64,000 bases of DNA, taken from the NCBI GenBank assembly GCA_004431415.1, contig QPMI01000289.1, positions 7,119 to 71,118 on the forward strand, written 5' to 3'. The position numbers were made by a program, and so were the translations under genes. A model generated the notes under the pieces. That model had not been told where the DNA came from. It was given only the letters and a program-made list of their open reading frames with translations, and searched no databases. How positions within the stretch are numbered: position 1 is the first letter of the stretch; each line of letters begins with the position of its first letter. Source of the DNA: Cyanophora paradoxa CCMP329 (Eukaryota > Plantae > Glaucophyta). Below, piece by piece: positions 12,601 through 26,149 of this stretch.

Positions 12601-15600
12601 CTGCTGTCGGCCGGCCTCCCCGCGGACCAGTCCTCTCTGATCGCCGAGCTCCCCAAACGGTGCCTCCGTGTCACCCGCCGCCGCCCGCCTCCTCTGATCA
12701 TCCCTCCTGCAGCGGCGGCCTTCTCGTTCTTTTGGACTCATATGACGAATCAGCCGATGGGAGGGAGGGCAAGGCGCCGTACGCGATGGACGCTGATCTG
12801 CCGCGGCTCGCGGCGCGCCTCGTCGTCGCCTGCCGCGCCACCTTCATCCCCTGCCTCGGCGCCCGCTACCGCGTGCGGCCCGGTCGACCCAGGGCCCTTC
12901 TCGAATGGAGCGCTCACGCGCGCCTGCGCCGCAGGAGCGGTTTGCGCTGGACGAGGCGTCGGGCGCCCGCTCCGTGTGCGAGGCGTGGACCTGCCCCTTC
13001 TCTCCCGAGCAGGCTCGCCGCCCCAGCCGCGCCCCGCCGCGCCCCGCCGCTCCCGCCTCGCGCGAGCCCCTTCGCAGATCGAGGAGTACGTCGACCTGTG
13101 GGTCAAGGAGGCCCGGCCCGACGGCGACGCCAAGTGGTGCGCAGCTTGCATTGTTGATCTGTCTGTTCTGAACGTATCGTACTCTGAGCGCGCCGCATGC
13201 ACAGGCACATGGAGACGCTGCGGGAGGTGCACGGTCTGCTGGACGTCATCCGCACGCCCTTCGTGCTCTCCATCGCCCTCCGCGCCCTCCCCAAGATCAA
13301 GGCCAACTCGGCGGGCGGCGCCGGGGGGCGCCTCAGAGAGGGCGACCGCGTGCTCCTGCGCGACGTGTACGACGCGTTCGTGGCGGGCTGGCTCGAGCGG
13401 GAGGAGGACCGGTGGGCCCCGCGGGGCGGCTCGGCGGCCCTGGCCGACGAGTGCCGCCGCCTCTGCATCGAGATCGCGCGGCTGATGGACCGCGCCCGCA
13501 CGACCGCCTTCTCGGTGCCCCTCGCCAAGTCGACTGGTCTCGGGCAACAGCTCGCCCTCGAACCGCTTTCCGAACCCGAGCGCGCAACGCGGCTCGCCTC
13601 CGAGATCCTCAAGAGGCTTCAGGCACGCCGCGGCCCGCCACTGTCTGTACTTGCGACTCCGCCGCTGACCGCGCCCCGCGCAGCGCTCGAAGGAGGCGGT
13701 GCTGGACGCCGCGCCGTTCCACCGCGAGGTCTGCTCCGCCGACGCCGGCGCTCGCGGCCAGGAGATCCTCTACCGCTTCCTTCACGGCGCGTGCCCCGGC
13801 CTCTCGCTCGCGGTCGTGCCGCGGTTCGAATTCTGATCGCGGGTCGCGCAGCGTCGCTGAAGGAGTACTTCATTGCGGACGGCATCCACCGCCTCCGAGG
13901 CGAGGAGGCCATCGCGGAGCTCGGCCGCCGGTGCGAATCGGCAGAGCCTCCCCTGTACTGCAATTGCGAATTGCCTAACAACGTTGCGCACGGCCCGACT
14001 GCAGGTCGTACGTCGATGACTCCGCAATCGTGCGGTTCCTGGCGGAGCGCGCGCGCCGCGAGCCTTCCTTCCGCGAGATGCTTTGGGGCATCGTCCGCCT
14101 CTCGCGCGACGTTCCCTGCAACTCGCCCAAAGCCATCGCCGCGTGCAACGCGCTCACGGTGCTGAACGCCGCCGGCGAGTCGTTCGCGGGGGCCGACCTG
14201 CGCGGCGTGCGCGCCCCGGGGGCCGACCTGTACCGCATGGAGGCCGCCGGCGCCGACCTGCGCGAGGCCGACCTCAGCGGGGCCTGCCTCCAGGAGGCGA
14301 ACCTGTCGGGGGCGGACCTGCGCGGCGCTGTACTCGAGAACGTCCGCACGGGCCTGCAGGTGCTAATGATAATAATTCGAAAGGCATAATCGTATTTGCA
14401 CGCATGTTGCCGACACTCTCCGTGTCGCAGCCGCTGTACAGGCTCAAGAAACCCGATGGCAAGCTCCCTTCCGGGGAAGCCTCAATCGCGAGCAAGCACG
14501 ACAGGCCCGCCATCAACGCCGTCAACGCCGTCGCCTTCTCTCCGCTGAAGGAGAACGGCCTCGTCGCGACGGGCTGGGAGGACGGGACGCTCGCGCTCCT
14601 GCGCGCCGGCACGACAGAGGAGTTTCTGGTGGTCGACACGGGCGTCAGTATTGCTCGCATCATATTTACGCCCGTGCGTCTTGCAGCTGCCATGTCTTTG
14701 TTTGCGCCCCGCGTGACCGGCTGCGTGCGCGAGCAGAGTGGCGGGGCGCTCTACGTGGCAGGGGCCGATGGGTTCGTGCGGCTGCGCTCCTCCATGGACG
14801 GGTCGGTCATTCGCGAGTGGAAGGCGCACGAAGGACCCGCGCTTGCGATGGCCCTCTCCAAAGCGCGTGCACTGCAACCCGCACCGATTGCAGGTTATAT
14901 TACTCTCGTGGGCTGAGCGTTCGTCAGGATGGGGTGTATTTGGCAACGGGCAGCACAGACGGGACGGTGCGGGTCTGGAGGGCGGCGGACGGGCAGCTGC
15001 AGCAGACATATGACGGCCATGCCGGCCGTGTTTTCGCTCTCGCGTTCTCGCCGACGGATGCGGCGCTGGTGGCTTCTGGCGGGGAGGATGGGAGCGTGCG
15101 GCTGTGGCGAGACGGCGAGGAGGTCGGCGTGCTGCGCGGCTTTGCAAAGGCCGTCAAAGCCGTCGCGTTCTCGCCAGTGCGCCCCCTCTGTTAACGTTGC
15201 GACCGTCGGCGGTCTTCCATCCGCCCCCGCTGAGGGCGAGGCTGCGCAGGACGGGACGCTGCTGGCGTCGGGCGGGTTCGACAAGAACGTGCGCCTCTGG
15301 AGCGTCGAGGACGGGAGCCTCGTGCAGGAGTTGGCGGGGCACTTGTTTTGGGTCGAGGGGCTCGTCTTCTCCCACGTGCGTTCGTTCTCCGCCCTGTTCG
15401 ACGCGGCACGTGCACGTGCACGGCCCGATGGATCCCTTGCATGTGCAGGACGGCTCATTCCTTGCTTCGGCCAGCTGGGACAAGACTGTGCGTTTTCGTC
15501 CTTGTGTGTGCAGTTCTCGCTCATCTGCGATTCCTAATCATGACAATTTGGCTCTCTCGCCGCGCGCAGATTCGCGTGTGGGGCCTGCCGGACGGAGCCC

Positions 15601-17405
15601 AGCAGGCGGTCATCAGCGGGCACACGGACAACATCTACGCCCTCGCCCTCTCGCCCGTGCGCACCACGCTTGCATATGCATGCGCATGGAACAGAGTCTC
15701 CCGCGTGCGATGCGATATCGATGGGTGGCGCGCAGGACGGAACGCTCTTCGTGTCGGGATCGCGGGACAGAACGGTGCGGCTGTCGGCTGCGGCGACGGT
15801 GACGGGCGAGCGGCGGGAGCTGGAGCCGAACGGGTCGACGCGGCGCGTGCCCAGCCTGGCGGTCGCGGCAGCGGAGGGGGCGATGCGCTTCGCGGCGGGG
15901 AGCTACGACGGCAGCGTCCGCATCCGCTCCGCGGCCGACGGGGCGCTCCTCCGCCTGATGAAGAACCCGCCCGTGGACGGCTCCGACGCCTTCCCCGCCG
16001 CCGTCGCCGAGTCCTCCGCCGCCGCCGAGGTCAACGCCGTCGCCATCTCCGCCGTCCGTTCTGCCCGTACCTCAATATTAATGGCGCTAGTGCCGAATTC
16101 TTGCTAATCATTATATGCCGGCAGGAGGGGGATTTGGTGGCTTCCGCCGGGACTGACCGCTGGCTGAGCCTGTGGAAAGCGGACGGGTCTCTTCTCAGCC
16201 ACTGGCATGCGCATCACGACGCCATTTGGGGTCTCTCCATGTCGCGGGTACGATGGACCGCGATATTCTAGGCCCCAGGTCGGCGCTCATTATAAACCTT
16301 CCGGGCAGGACGGGAACACACTGGCGTCGTGTTCGGCGGACGGGACAGTGCGGGTGTGGAGGGCGGCGGGCGGTTTCCTGCTGCGGGAGTACAAGGGCCA
16401 CGAGGGTCGCGTCTTCGCCGTCGCGGTCTCGCCGAAGGACGCGGCGCTGGTGGCGTCGGGCGGCGAGGACGGGAGCGTGCGGCTGTGGCAGAACGGCGAG
16501 GAGGTGGCCGCGCTGCGGGCCAGCGCCGAGCCCGTCAAGGCCGTCGCCTTCTCGCCGGTCGGCCCCTCCCCGTGCCATGACCATCCATCCCCCTCCGCTG
16601 ATCGCTGGCTGCGCAGGACGGGGCGCTGGTGGCGGCGGCGGGCTGCGACAACACTGTGCGCCTGTGGGGCGTCGCGGACGGGCGGCTGCGCTGGTCGGCC
16701 TCGGGCCACAGCTGGTGGATCACCTCGCTCGCCTTCTCGCCGGTGCGGGCCGCGTGGCGCGCCCATCCCGCAGCGCCCGCCCTGACGCCGCCCATGGCCA
16801 ACAGGATGGTTCGAAGATCGCGTCGAGCAGCTTCGACCGCAGCGTGCGCACGGCCCCAACCGTGGCGGCGCCTCGCGTCCCGTGCGCTCTGCTGAGCCCG
16901 GCCCGGCCGCAGGTTCGGGTGTGGGGTGCAGAGGACGGCGCGCCGCTGTGGACCCTGCGGGGCCACACGAGCTGGGTCTTCACAGTCGCGTTTACGCCGG
17001 TGCGCCAGCTGCTCGAGCGCGCCCGCGCCTGCGCCGCCTGAAATGCAGCGCAGGACGGCAAGCACGTGCTCTCGAGCGGGGTCGGCGGCAGCATTCGATT
17101 CTGGCGCCTCGGGGAGGGGCCGGGGGCGGACGGGGCCTGCGTCCGCCGCGTGGGGCTCACCCAGCAGCTCGAGGCCGTCGCCACCCACGTCAGTGCTTCT
17201 ACTTGCGCATTACATGGCTTCGCCCCCTCCGATTGCGAGTCCTTCGCTCACGCGCCTTTGGATTCCCGCGCTGCAGGTGGACGAGACGACGAAGGCGGGG
17301 GAGGTGCTGCGGCGGGTCCTGGCGGACCGGGCCGCCCCTCCGCCTGTCGGCTACCCGCGCTCGGATCCCATCGATCCGGCAGCCGGCTTTTTCGTTTCGA
17401 AATGA
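9627..17405 (+). CDS. NLR-like NACHT NTPase + pentapeptide repeat + WD40 repeat protein, copy A (multi-exon)
   Basis: N-terminus MGGVCC; Walker A-like LLLSGDSGCSKTT (about 12448-12486); Walker B LLVLLDSYDE; RTPFVLSI; YRFLH-ASLKEYF; NALTVLNAAGESFAGADLRG..ADLREADLSGACLQEANLSGADL; many GH..V..VAFSP.DG..LASG..D..VRLW repeats; stop at 17403-17405. Confidence 0.85.
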
Positions 17406-17501
17406 GCCATGGCCATGGGCAATCGCGACGGGCCGGGATTGAAATCCGACCACCATCATATGCATGCATATGCTGTACAATTTCTGTATAGCCACTTGAT
17501 C

Positions 17502-17568
17502 GTGATCATGATCATGATATCGATGTTATCGATGATATCGATGATATCGATGATATCGATGACATCGC
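17502..17568. repeat. Short tandem repeat (GATATCGAT)n-like in the inter-paralog spacer
   Basis: tgatcatgatcatgatatcgatgttatcgatgatatcgatgatatcgatgatatcgatgacatcg. Confidence 0.8.
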
Positions 17569-18452
17569 ACGTTTTTCGAATTCGGAACGATATCTGAAAT
17601 CCAGATATCGATATCGATCCGATCCGGCCGCGGATCAGTACGTCGTGCCGGCCTAGCTAGCATCGAAAGTATATATAAGCTCGAGCTTGAGCTCGCCACG
17701 CCGGCAAGCTGAAGGTTTGAGTTCGAGACTCTGAATCAGTGAGATCTGCACATCGCACGGATCCATGAGCCTGCCAGCTGCGACCTTCGAATTCGGAACG
17801 TTCGATAACGGTATCGATATCGATACTACTTCTAACGTGACGCGTACGCCGTTAGCAGGGCTAGCTGTAGCTGTAGATTATTTTTATCGCGAAGAGGTGT
17901 TAAGCTTCGAAACGTTAATGTTGTACAATTACATGCATGAGCCGGGGTATACGTACCGGTACCCTTGACAGTGAGTGTCGAACTCGACTTGCAAATTGAG
18001 TACTAGTGCACGTGCACAGGTGCATGGCATATGCATATGCAGATCATCGGATATCGCTGCACTTTAATGCTTGTCAAGATGGCTTAAGCTTAATGTACAG
18101 CGCAAGCTACAGCGCTAGCGACGTACATGATGCTGGGAACGGAGAATTCGATATGATAATGAAAGATTGCAAATTGCAGCCCCGCGGCGCCTGTCTGTAA
18201 CAGCTGAAGTGCATGAAAACCTTTTCCTCCATAAGCTTACTGTTTAGAAATTTAATTTACTGTGACCTCAACCTACGAGATTTCGAAGTATTGAAAGCCC
18301 AGCTGCAGAGGCTCCTGAATGAGGCCTTTGATCATGACTTCGAAATACAACAACTTCATTTCAAGCGAACTGATTGGATCGAACGAAGACATTCTTACGT
18401 ATACATTCTTCTTAGCAATAGTCTCTTATAACGTTAGCTACAGGAGAGAGGC

Positions 18453-21400
18453 CTAGGCGTCGCGCAGGAACGCGAGGGCCGACTCGAGATGGGGCGGGGG
18501 CGTCATCCCGGCCGCCGGGTCGAGCCGCCCCGAGCGCAGGAAGCCCAGCGGGGGCGGCTCCGCCCGATCCGCCAGGACCCGCCGCAGCACCTCCCCCGCC
18601 TTCGTCGTCTCGTCCACCTGCAGCGCGGGAAGAATTCAAAGGCGCGCGAGCGACCACATTTCAGAAATTAGATATTAATGGGGGCGAAGGGTGGTGTAAA
18701 ACAAGAAGCCGACGCACGCGGGCACCCACGGCCTCGAGCTGTTGCCCGAGCCCCACGCGGCGGACGCAGGCCCCCTCCGCACTCGGCCCCTCCCCGAGGC
18801 GCCAAAAGCGGAAAATGTTGCCGTTTCCGCTCGAGATGACGCGCGTCCCGTCCTGCACTTTACGTCAGAGCCCGGGCAGGCCGATATCGATTAATTCTAA
18901 ATCTAGGCTTCAGGAGAATTCACGCACGGGAGTGAAGCCGACTGCGAAGACCCAGCTGATGTGGCCCCGCAGCGTCCAAAGCGGCGCGCCGTCCTCTGCA
19001 CCCCACACCCGAACCTGCGGCCAGGCCGGGCTCAGCGGGGCGCGCGGGAAGCGAGACGCCGCCACGGTTGGGGCCGCGCGCACGCTGCGGTCGAAGCTGC
19101 TCGACGCGATCTTCGAACCATCCTGTTGGCCATGGGCGGCGTCAGGGCGGGCGCTGCGGGATGGGCGCGCCACGCGGCCCGCACCGGCGAGAAGGCGAGC
19201 GAGGTGATCCACCAGCTGTGGCCCGAGGTCGACCAGCGCAGCCGCCCGTCCGCGACGCCCCACAGGCGCACAGTGTTGTCGCAGCCCGCCGCCGCCACCA
19301 GCGCCCCGTCCTGCGCAGCCAGCGATCAGCGGAGGGGGATGGATGGTCATGGCAAGGGGAGGGGCCGACCGGCGAGAAGGCGACGGCCTTGACGGGCTCG
19401 GCGCTGGCCCGCAGCGCGGCCACCTCCTCGCCGTTCTGCCACAGCCGCACGCTCCCGTCCTCGCCGCCCGACGCCACCAGCGCCGCGTCCTTCGGCGAGA
19501 CCGCGACGGCGAAGACGCGACCCTCGTGGCCCTTGTACTCCCGCAGCAGGAAACCGCCCGCCGCCCTCCACACCCGCACTGTCCCGTCCGCCGAACACGA
19601 CGCCAGTGTGTTCCCGTCCTGCCCGGAAGGTTTATAATCAGCGCCGACCTGGGGCCTAGAATATCGCGCGCGGTTCATCGTACCCGCGACATGGAGAGAC
19701 CCCAAATGGCGTCGCGATGCGCATGCCAGTGGCTGAGAACTGTGCCGTCGCCCTTCCACAGGCAAATCCAGCGGCTTGTGCCGGCGACCGCCACCAAATC
19801 CCCCTCCTGCTCAGTAGTTAGCAATTGCGAGCGCCTCACGAGGTCGCCGGTCAGGCTGAACGAACGGCGGAGATGGCGACTGCGTTGACTTCGAGCGGAG
19901 CGGACGAGGCGCCGACGGCCGCAGGAAGCTTCTCAGCCCCTTCCACGGCCGGGCTCCTCAGCAGACGAAGGGCAGTCCCGTCGATAGCAGAGCGGATGCG
20001 GACGTTGCCGTCGTAGCTCCCCGCCGCGAAGCAGGCACCCTCGGCCGCGACCGCCAGGCAGGTCACGCGGCGCGTCGTACCGTTCGGCTCCAGCTCCCGC
20101 CGCTCGCCGGCACTCGTCGCCGTGCCCCACAGCCGAACTGTCTTGTCGAGGGCCCCTGATACGATATGCGATCCGTCCTGCGCTGTGCATCACCGCGGTT
20201 CACCACGCCCAGAGAAGCGAGGGTGCACGCACGGGCGATACATCAAGTCCCAAAATGTTGGCGGTGTGCCCGCTGAGAACCGCCTGCAGAGCTCCCTCTG
20301 GAAGCCTCCAGACCCGGATCTGTGCGTGGCAAGAGAGCCAGATCATCAGAAATAGCGAACGTGCAAGAGCCAGACACGCGTAAAACAACGAAGGCGTGCA
20401 CCGTCTTGTCCCAGCTGCCGGACGCGAGGAACGAGCCGTCCTGCGCATGCAGTAGCTCCTTAAATTAAAGCCGCATCGCGTCCATCTAAATCAAGAGGCG
20501 CACGGGAGCGAAGGCCAGCGCCTCGATCCAGTAGTGATGCCCCCGCATCTCCCGTACGAGCCTGCCGTCCTGAACGCTCCACAGGCGCACAGTGTTGTCG
20601 CAGCCCGCCGCCGCCACCAGCACCCCGTCCTGCGCAGCCAGCGATCAGCGGAGGGGGGTTGACGGTCATGGCAAGGGGAGGGGCCGACCGGCGAGAAGGC
20701 GACGGCCTTGACGGGCTCGGCGCTGCCGCGCAGCGCGGCCACCTCCTCGCCGTTCTGCCACAGCCGCACGCTCCCGTCCTCGCCGCCCGACGCCACCAGC
20801 GCCGCGTCCTTCGGCGAGACCGCGACGGCGAAGACGCGACCCTCGTGGCCCTTGTACGTCTCCTGCAGCCGCATGTCCGTTGTCATCCACACGCGCACTG
20901 TTCCATTCTCACTGCCCGTCACCAACAGCTTCCCGTCCTGGCGAAAAAGCTAAGGACGAGATTGGTCCGCGCTCCTGACCGAGCGAAAACGCACTTTGGC
21001 CAGCGCAATTGCGAGCACGGGTGCGTTGTGCGCCCTCCACTCACGGACGACGGACCCGTCGGAGGCGGAGCGCAACCGCACGAATCCGTCCGCTCCGGCC
21101 GCGTACAGGGCATCCCCGCTCTGCGCGCACGTGTTCATGATCGTTCTTTGCAAACGCCCACGCGGGCATTGTTCATGCACATGATCGTTCGCGGTGCGAC
21201 GGCAAGCGTGGAGCGACGCACCGGAGTGAAGGCAACGCCTGTGATGCTGACGCCCGTGTCGACCACCAGAAACTCTTCCGCCGTGCCGGCGCGCAGGAGC
21301 GCGAGCGTCCCGTCCTCCCAGCCCGTCGCGACGAGGCCGTTCTCCTTCAGCGGAGAGAAGGCGACGGCGTTGACGGCGTTCGTAGAGGACTTCGAAGCGG

Positions 21401-24400
21401 TTTCGCCGTCGCGTCTCGTGTACAGCGGCTGCGCGCGGGTCGCGTTATTGTCGGCAAATTTGTGGAGATCTAGATTGAAATGCGAACGCGTAGGTTGGGC
21501 AGCTGCGCGCACCAACAAGCCTGTGCGGACGTTCTCGAGTACGGCGCCGCGCAGGTCCGCCCCCGACAGGTTCGCCTCCTGGAGGCAGGCCCCGCTGAGG
21601 TCGGCCTCACGCAGGTCGGCGCCGGCGGCCTCCATGCGGTACAGGTCGGCCCCCGGGGCGCGCACGCCGCGCAGGTCGGCCCCCGCGAACGACTCGCCGG
21701 CAGCGTTCAGCACCGTGAGCGCGTTGCACGCGGCAATGGCATGATGTGAGTCGATGGCGACCCCAACGTCCCGCGACCGGCGGACGACCTCCCACAGCAC
21801 CTCGCGGAACTCGGGCGTGCGGCGCGCGCGCTCCGCCAGGAACCGCACGATCGCCGAGTCGTCCACATACGACCTGCAGTCGAGCCCCCCACGGCGTTAA
21901 CGTGCGATTCGCATTCTAAGGATACGTGATCATGAGGCTCTTCAGGTGTGAAGCGCACCGGCGGCCAAGCTCCGTGATGACCTCGATTCCCTTGAGGCGT
22001 TCGATGCCGTTCGCGATGAAGTACTCCTTGAGCGACGCTGCGCGGCCCGCGATCAGAACCGCGGCACGACCCCGAGCAAGGGGGACTCGCCGTGAAGGAA
22101 GCGGTAGAGGATCTCCTGGCCGCGAGCGCCGGCGTCGGCGGAGCGTTCAGCATCCAACGGCGCGGCTAACAGCGCCGCCTCCTTTGAGCGCTGCGAGGAT
22201 GTGGTTAGGTCGGGGCAGCGGTATATAGCTAGCGGGCCGCGGCGTGCCTGAAGCTTCTTCAGTATCTCGGAGGCGCGCCGCATGGAGCGCTCGGGATCCG
22301 GCAGGGCCTCGATGGCTTCGAGGGAGATAGGCTGCCCGAGACCAGTCGACTTGGCGAGGGGCACCGAGAAGGCAGTGGTGCGAGCGCGGTCCATCAGCCG
22401 CGCGATCTCAATGCAGAGGCGGCGGCACTCGTCGGCCAAGGCCGCCGAACCGCCCTGTGAGGCCCAACGCTTCTCCTCCCGCTCGAGCCAGCCGGCCACG
22501 AACGCGTCGTACACGTCGCGCAGGAGCACGCGGTCGCCCTCCGTGAGGCGCCGCCCGGCGCCGCCCGCCGAGTTGGCCTTGATCTTGGGAAGAGCGCGGA
22601 GGGCGATGGAGAGCACGAAGGGCGTGCGGATGACGTCCAGCAGGCCGTGCACCTCCCGCAGCGTCTCCATGTGCCTGCCGCGCGCTTCGAGTAAGATACG
22701 TTCAGAACAGACAGATCAGCAATGCAAGCTGCGCACCACTTGGCGTCGCCGTCGGGCCGCGCCTCCTTGACCCACAGGTCGACGTACTCCTTGATCTGCA
22801 AAGGGATTCGCGCGAGGCGGGAGCGGCGGGGCGCGGCTGGGGCCGCCGGGCGCGCCTGCTCGGGGGAGAAGGGGCAGGTCCACGCCTCGCACACGGAGCG
22901 GGCGCCCGACGCCTCGTCCAGCGCGAACCGCTCCTGCGGCACCGGCGCGCGTGAGCGCTCCATTCGAGACTCGCCTGGGGTCGACCGGGCCGCACCCGGT
23001 AGCGGGCCCCGAGGCAGGGGACGAAGGTGGCGCGGCAGGCGACGACGAGGCGCGCCGCGAGCCGCGGCAGATCAGCGTCCATCGCGTACGGCGGCTGCCG
23101 TCACATCAGCGCGCCCCGCCGCACGGAAGGAGGAGAGCGACACACCTTGCCCTCCCGCCCATCGGTCCCCTCGTCGTACGCATCCAGAAGAACGAGGAGG
23201 CCGCCGCTGCATGAGTGGTGAGTGGAGCAGGCGGGCAGCGGCGGGTGACACGGAGGCACCGTTTGGGGAGTTCGGCGACCGGAGAGGACTGGTCCGCGGG
23301 GAGGCCGGCCGACAGCAGCAGCGCGTCGGCCAGGCGGCGGTGGGGCCCGATCGAGGGGAGGGAGAGGAAGACGGGGAAGGGCCGCCCGGGCCGCCATGCG
23401 GCGAGCAGGCGGCGGTGGAGGCGGCGGAGGACGGTCGTCTTGCTGCAGCCCGAGTCGCCGGAGAGGAGGAGGCTGCGGTAGGGCCCCCGGCCGGCCGGCC
23501 CCTCGCCCCGCTCCGCGAACGCCGCGAGCGCCTCCTCGAGGTCGAAGCGGGGCGCGTCCGGCGCGGCGCGCGTCTCCGCCTCCGCCGTCGCCTTCGCCGG
23601 CACGTACACGAGCAGGTGCGCCGCCTCCTCCACTGCTTTCCTCGCCAGCTCGGCCTCCTCCGCCTCGTACTTGGCCAGCGCGGCCGCCCGCGCCTGCTGC
23701 AGCGCCTCGGCGAGCCGCTCCTCCGCCGGCGCCGCCGCGCGCGCCATGCGCAGCAGCTCCGACGGGCCGCCGCCCGCGAGGGGCGCGACGGGGGCGGCCG
23801 GCGGCACCGGCGCGAGGCGCGGGCAGGGGAGGGCCTTGCACGAGTCGGCGGCCGCGAGGGCGGCGGGGTCGAGGCGGAGGGTCCGCTTCGCGGCGGCGCG
23901 GGCGGCGGCGGCGGCGGCGCTGCTGCTCTTCGAGGCGGCGAGGCGGCGGAGCCAGGTGAGGGCCTCCTCGGCGACCGGGCCGCCCCCTCGAGGGCGGCGA
24001 GCGAGGCGAGGGCCCCGCCGCCGCCTCCAGCGGCCCCGCGCCGGCGTCGCCGGCCTCGACGGCGCGGCGGGCGAGCATGTAGACGTGCGCCGCGGCCCGC
24101 GGCCAGCCGGCGCCCGCGAGGCGGAAGAGGGCGGCGCAGAGCGCCAGGGCGAGCTCGCGGCAGGCGGCCGCCTCCGCCAGGGCCGCCCCGTCCGCCTCCT
24201 CCAGCAGCGCCTCCAGCTCGTCCCCGGCCCCGCGCGCCGCCAGCGTCCCCAGCAGCCGCGCCCGCGCGAACCAGCGCTGCTTGCTGGGCGGCTGATCCGC
24301 CCCCGCCACCACCCTCGCGGCGCCCCACACCTGCGGACCCGCGGGTGAGCGGCGAGAAAGGCAGCCAGGGTTCGGCAGCGTGAACAAATCGATCCGTGGC

Positions 24401-26149
24401 GGCGAGCGCTCTGGCGGGGCCGGGCGGCCGCCGGGGGCGCGCCGCACCTCGCGGAGGAGCTCGGCCGCGTCGTTCCGGTGCTCCGCGCACAGCAGAACGA
24501 TGTCGATCACCTGCGCCGGCATCGGCGGCGGCGGCGGCGTGGCCGGTGGTGGCAGAGGGGCGGGCGGTGTAGGGCGGAGGGGGGAAGAAGGGGGGGGGGG
24601 GGTAGAAGAGGGGGGCGGGGGGCAAGGGCGCACGGTGGCGGCGCCGCAGGTGGCGACGCCCTCGGCCACGAGGCGGCCGGCGCGGAAGAGCACCACCGCC
24701 ACCCGCCCTGGCCCGCCCCGTCAGCCCCGACACGCACCGCCGCGCGCGGGGCGGGCGCACCGGCGGCCTTCGCGCGGCGCACGGCGTCGCCGAAGCGGTC
24801 GAAGTCGGAGCGCGCGGCGACGAGCGCCTGCTGCGCGAGCCGCGCCGCCGCCTCGGCCCGCCACCAGCCCTCCCCCGCGCCTGCCGCGCGATCTCGTCCA
24901 GCCGCCCGCTCAGCGGCCGCACCAGGTCCTCGTGCCCCACCCGCGCCCGCGCGTCCCCGCTGCCCGCCCCGTCAGCCCCGGGCCGCGGCGGGGGGCGGGG
25001 GCGGGCGCACCGTCGCCGGCGGCCTCGAGGGCGGCGAGGACGGCAGAGACGAGCTCGAGGCGCGCGTGCGAGTCCGCGTCCTGCGGCGCCGCCCCCTGCC
25101 CCCGCGCCCCTCAGCCGCGGCGCCCCGGCGCGGCGGCGCGGGCGGGCGGGGCCTGCCTTGAAGACCGCGGGGTCGAGCTGCGCGGGGGCGGCCTCAGGGG
25201 CGCGGCGGGCCTCGGCGGGCGGGCGGGCGGGGGGCCACCTGGGCGGCGCAGAAGCCGGTGACGCTGCCCCAGTCGGAGGAGGAGAAGGTGCCCGGCGGGA
25301 GGCGCTCCAGCGTCCGGGCGACGGCGCCCAGCAGCCGCGGGTCCGCCAGCTGCGACCCGCCCGCCTTCTTCAGCAGCGCGTCCGCCAGCTGCCGGCCCCG
25401 CATCAGAGCCGAGCGCGGGAGTGGGAAGCGGGCGGCGGGCGCGCCCTGCGGCACAGTTCGGCGTCGCCGGAGGCGACGAGGCCGCAGATGTCCGCGAGCT
25501 GCTCCTCCGTCGGCGCCCCCTCGCTCGCGAACACAGAGAGCGCTGCGCGCGGCCGCGCGCGTCGGGCGGGGCCGAGCGCGGGGGACTGGACGGGCGCACC
25601 CTTCTCGCAGAGACGCCGCAGGCTCGCGCGAGCGGCCGCCGCGTCGCCGCCGAACCCGTCGCGAACGAGCGGCATCGACTCCGCCGCGTCCGCCTCGTGC
25701 GCGAGGCGGTACAGGGCGGCCAGCTGCGCCAGGCTCCGCGCCTCCCACGCCCCGCCCAGCGCCCGCAGCGCCGCCGCTTCGCATACGCCGTCGATGCCGC
25801 CGGCGCCAGCCGACGCTCCGCCGCCGAACTCGAGCTCCAGCGACACGTCCGCGACCTCCAGCGCGGCTGCCGCGGCGGGAGGCTTCTCGCCCTTCGCGGG
25901 CGGCGCGTCATCGCACATCGGGGCCGGCTTCTGCGGCTGCTCCTGGCGCTGCTTCTCGGGCGCTGCTGGCGCCGCTGGCGCTGCGCTCGCGACCTTCTTC
26001 TCGCCGCTGCTGATCGTCAGCACGCCCTCCTCGCTGGACGCCGGCGCGCTGCTCTTCGGCTTGACCGGTGCGCACGCAAATGGCAGCCCATTGCAATCGA
26101 GGTGCACGGTGAGCGGCTGTGGGCTCTTCTTGCAGCACACGCCGCCCAT
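18453..26149 (-). CDS. NLR-like NACHT NTPase + pentapeptide repeat + WD40 repeat protein, copy B (inverted paralog)
   Basis: Same MGGVCCKKSPQPLTVHLD start at 26149 and the same Walker A/B, pentapeptide and WD40 exons on the minus strand. The last exon is VDETTKAGEVLRRVLADRAEPPPLGFLRSG...LRDA*, with the stop at 18453-18455. Confidence 0.85.

Noticed and set aside
17765-18431. Small ORFs in the spacer between the NLR-like genes
   Set aside because: Short, no recognisable motif, embedded in palindrome-rich low-complexity DNA.
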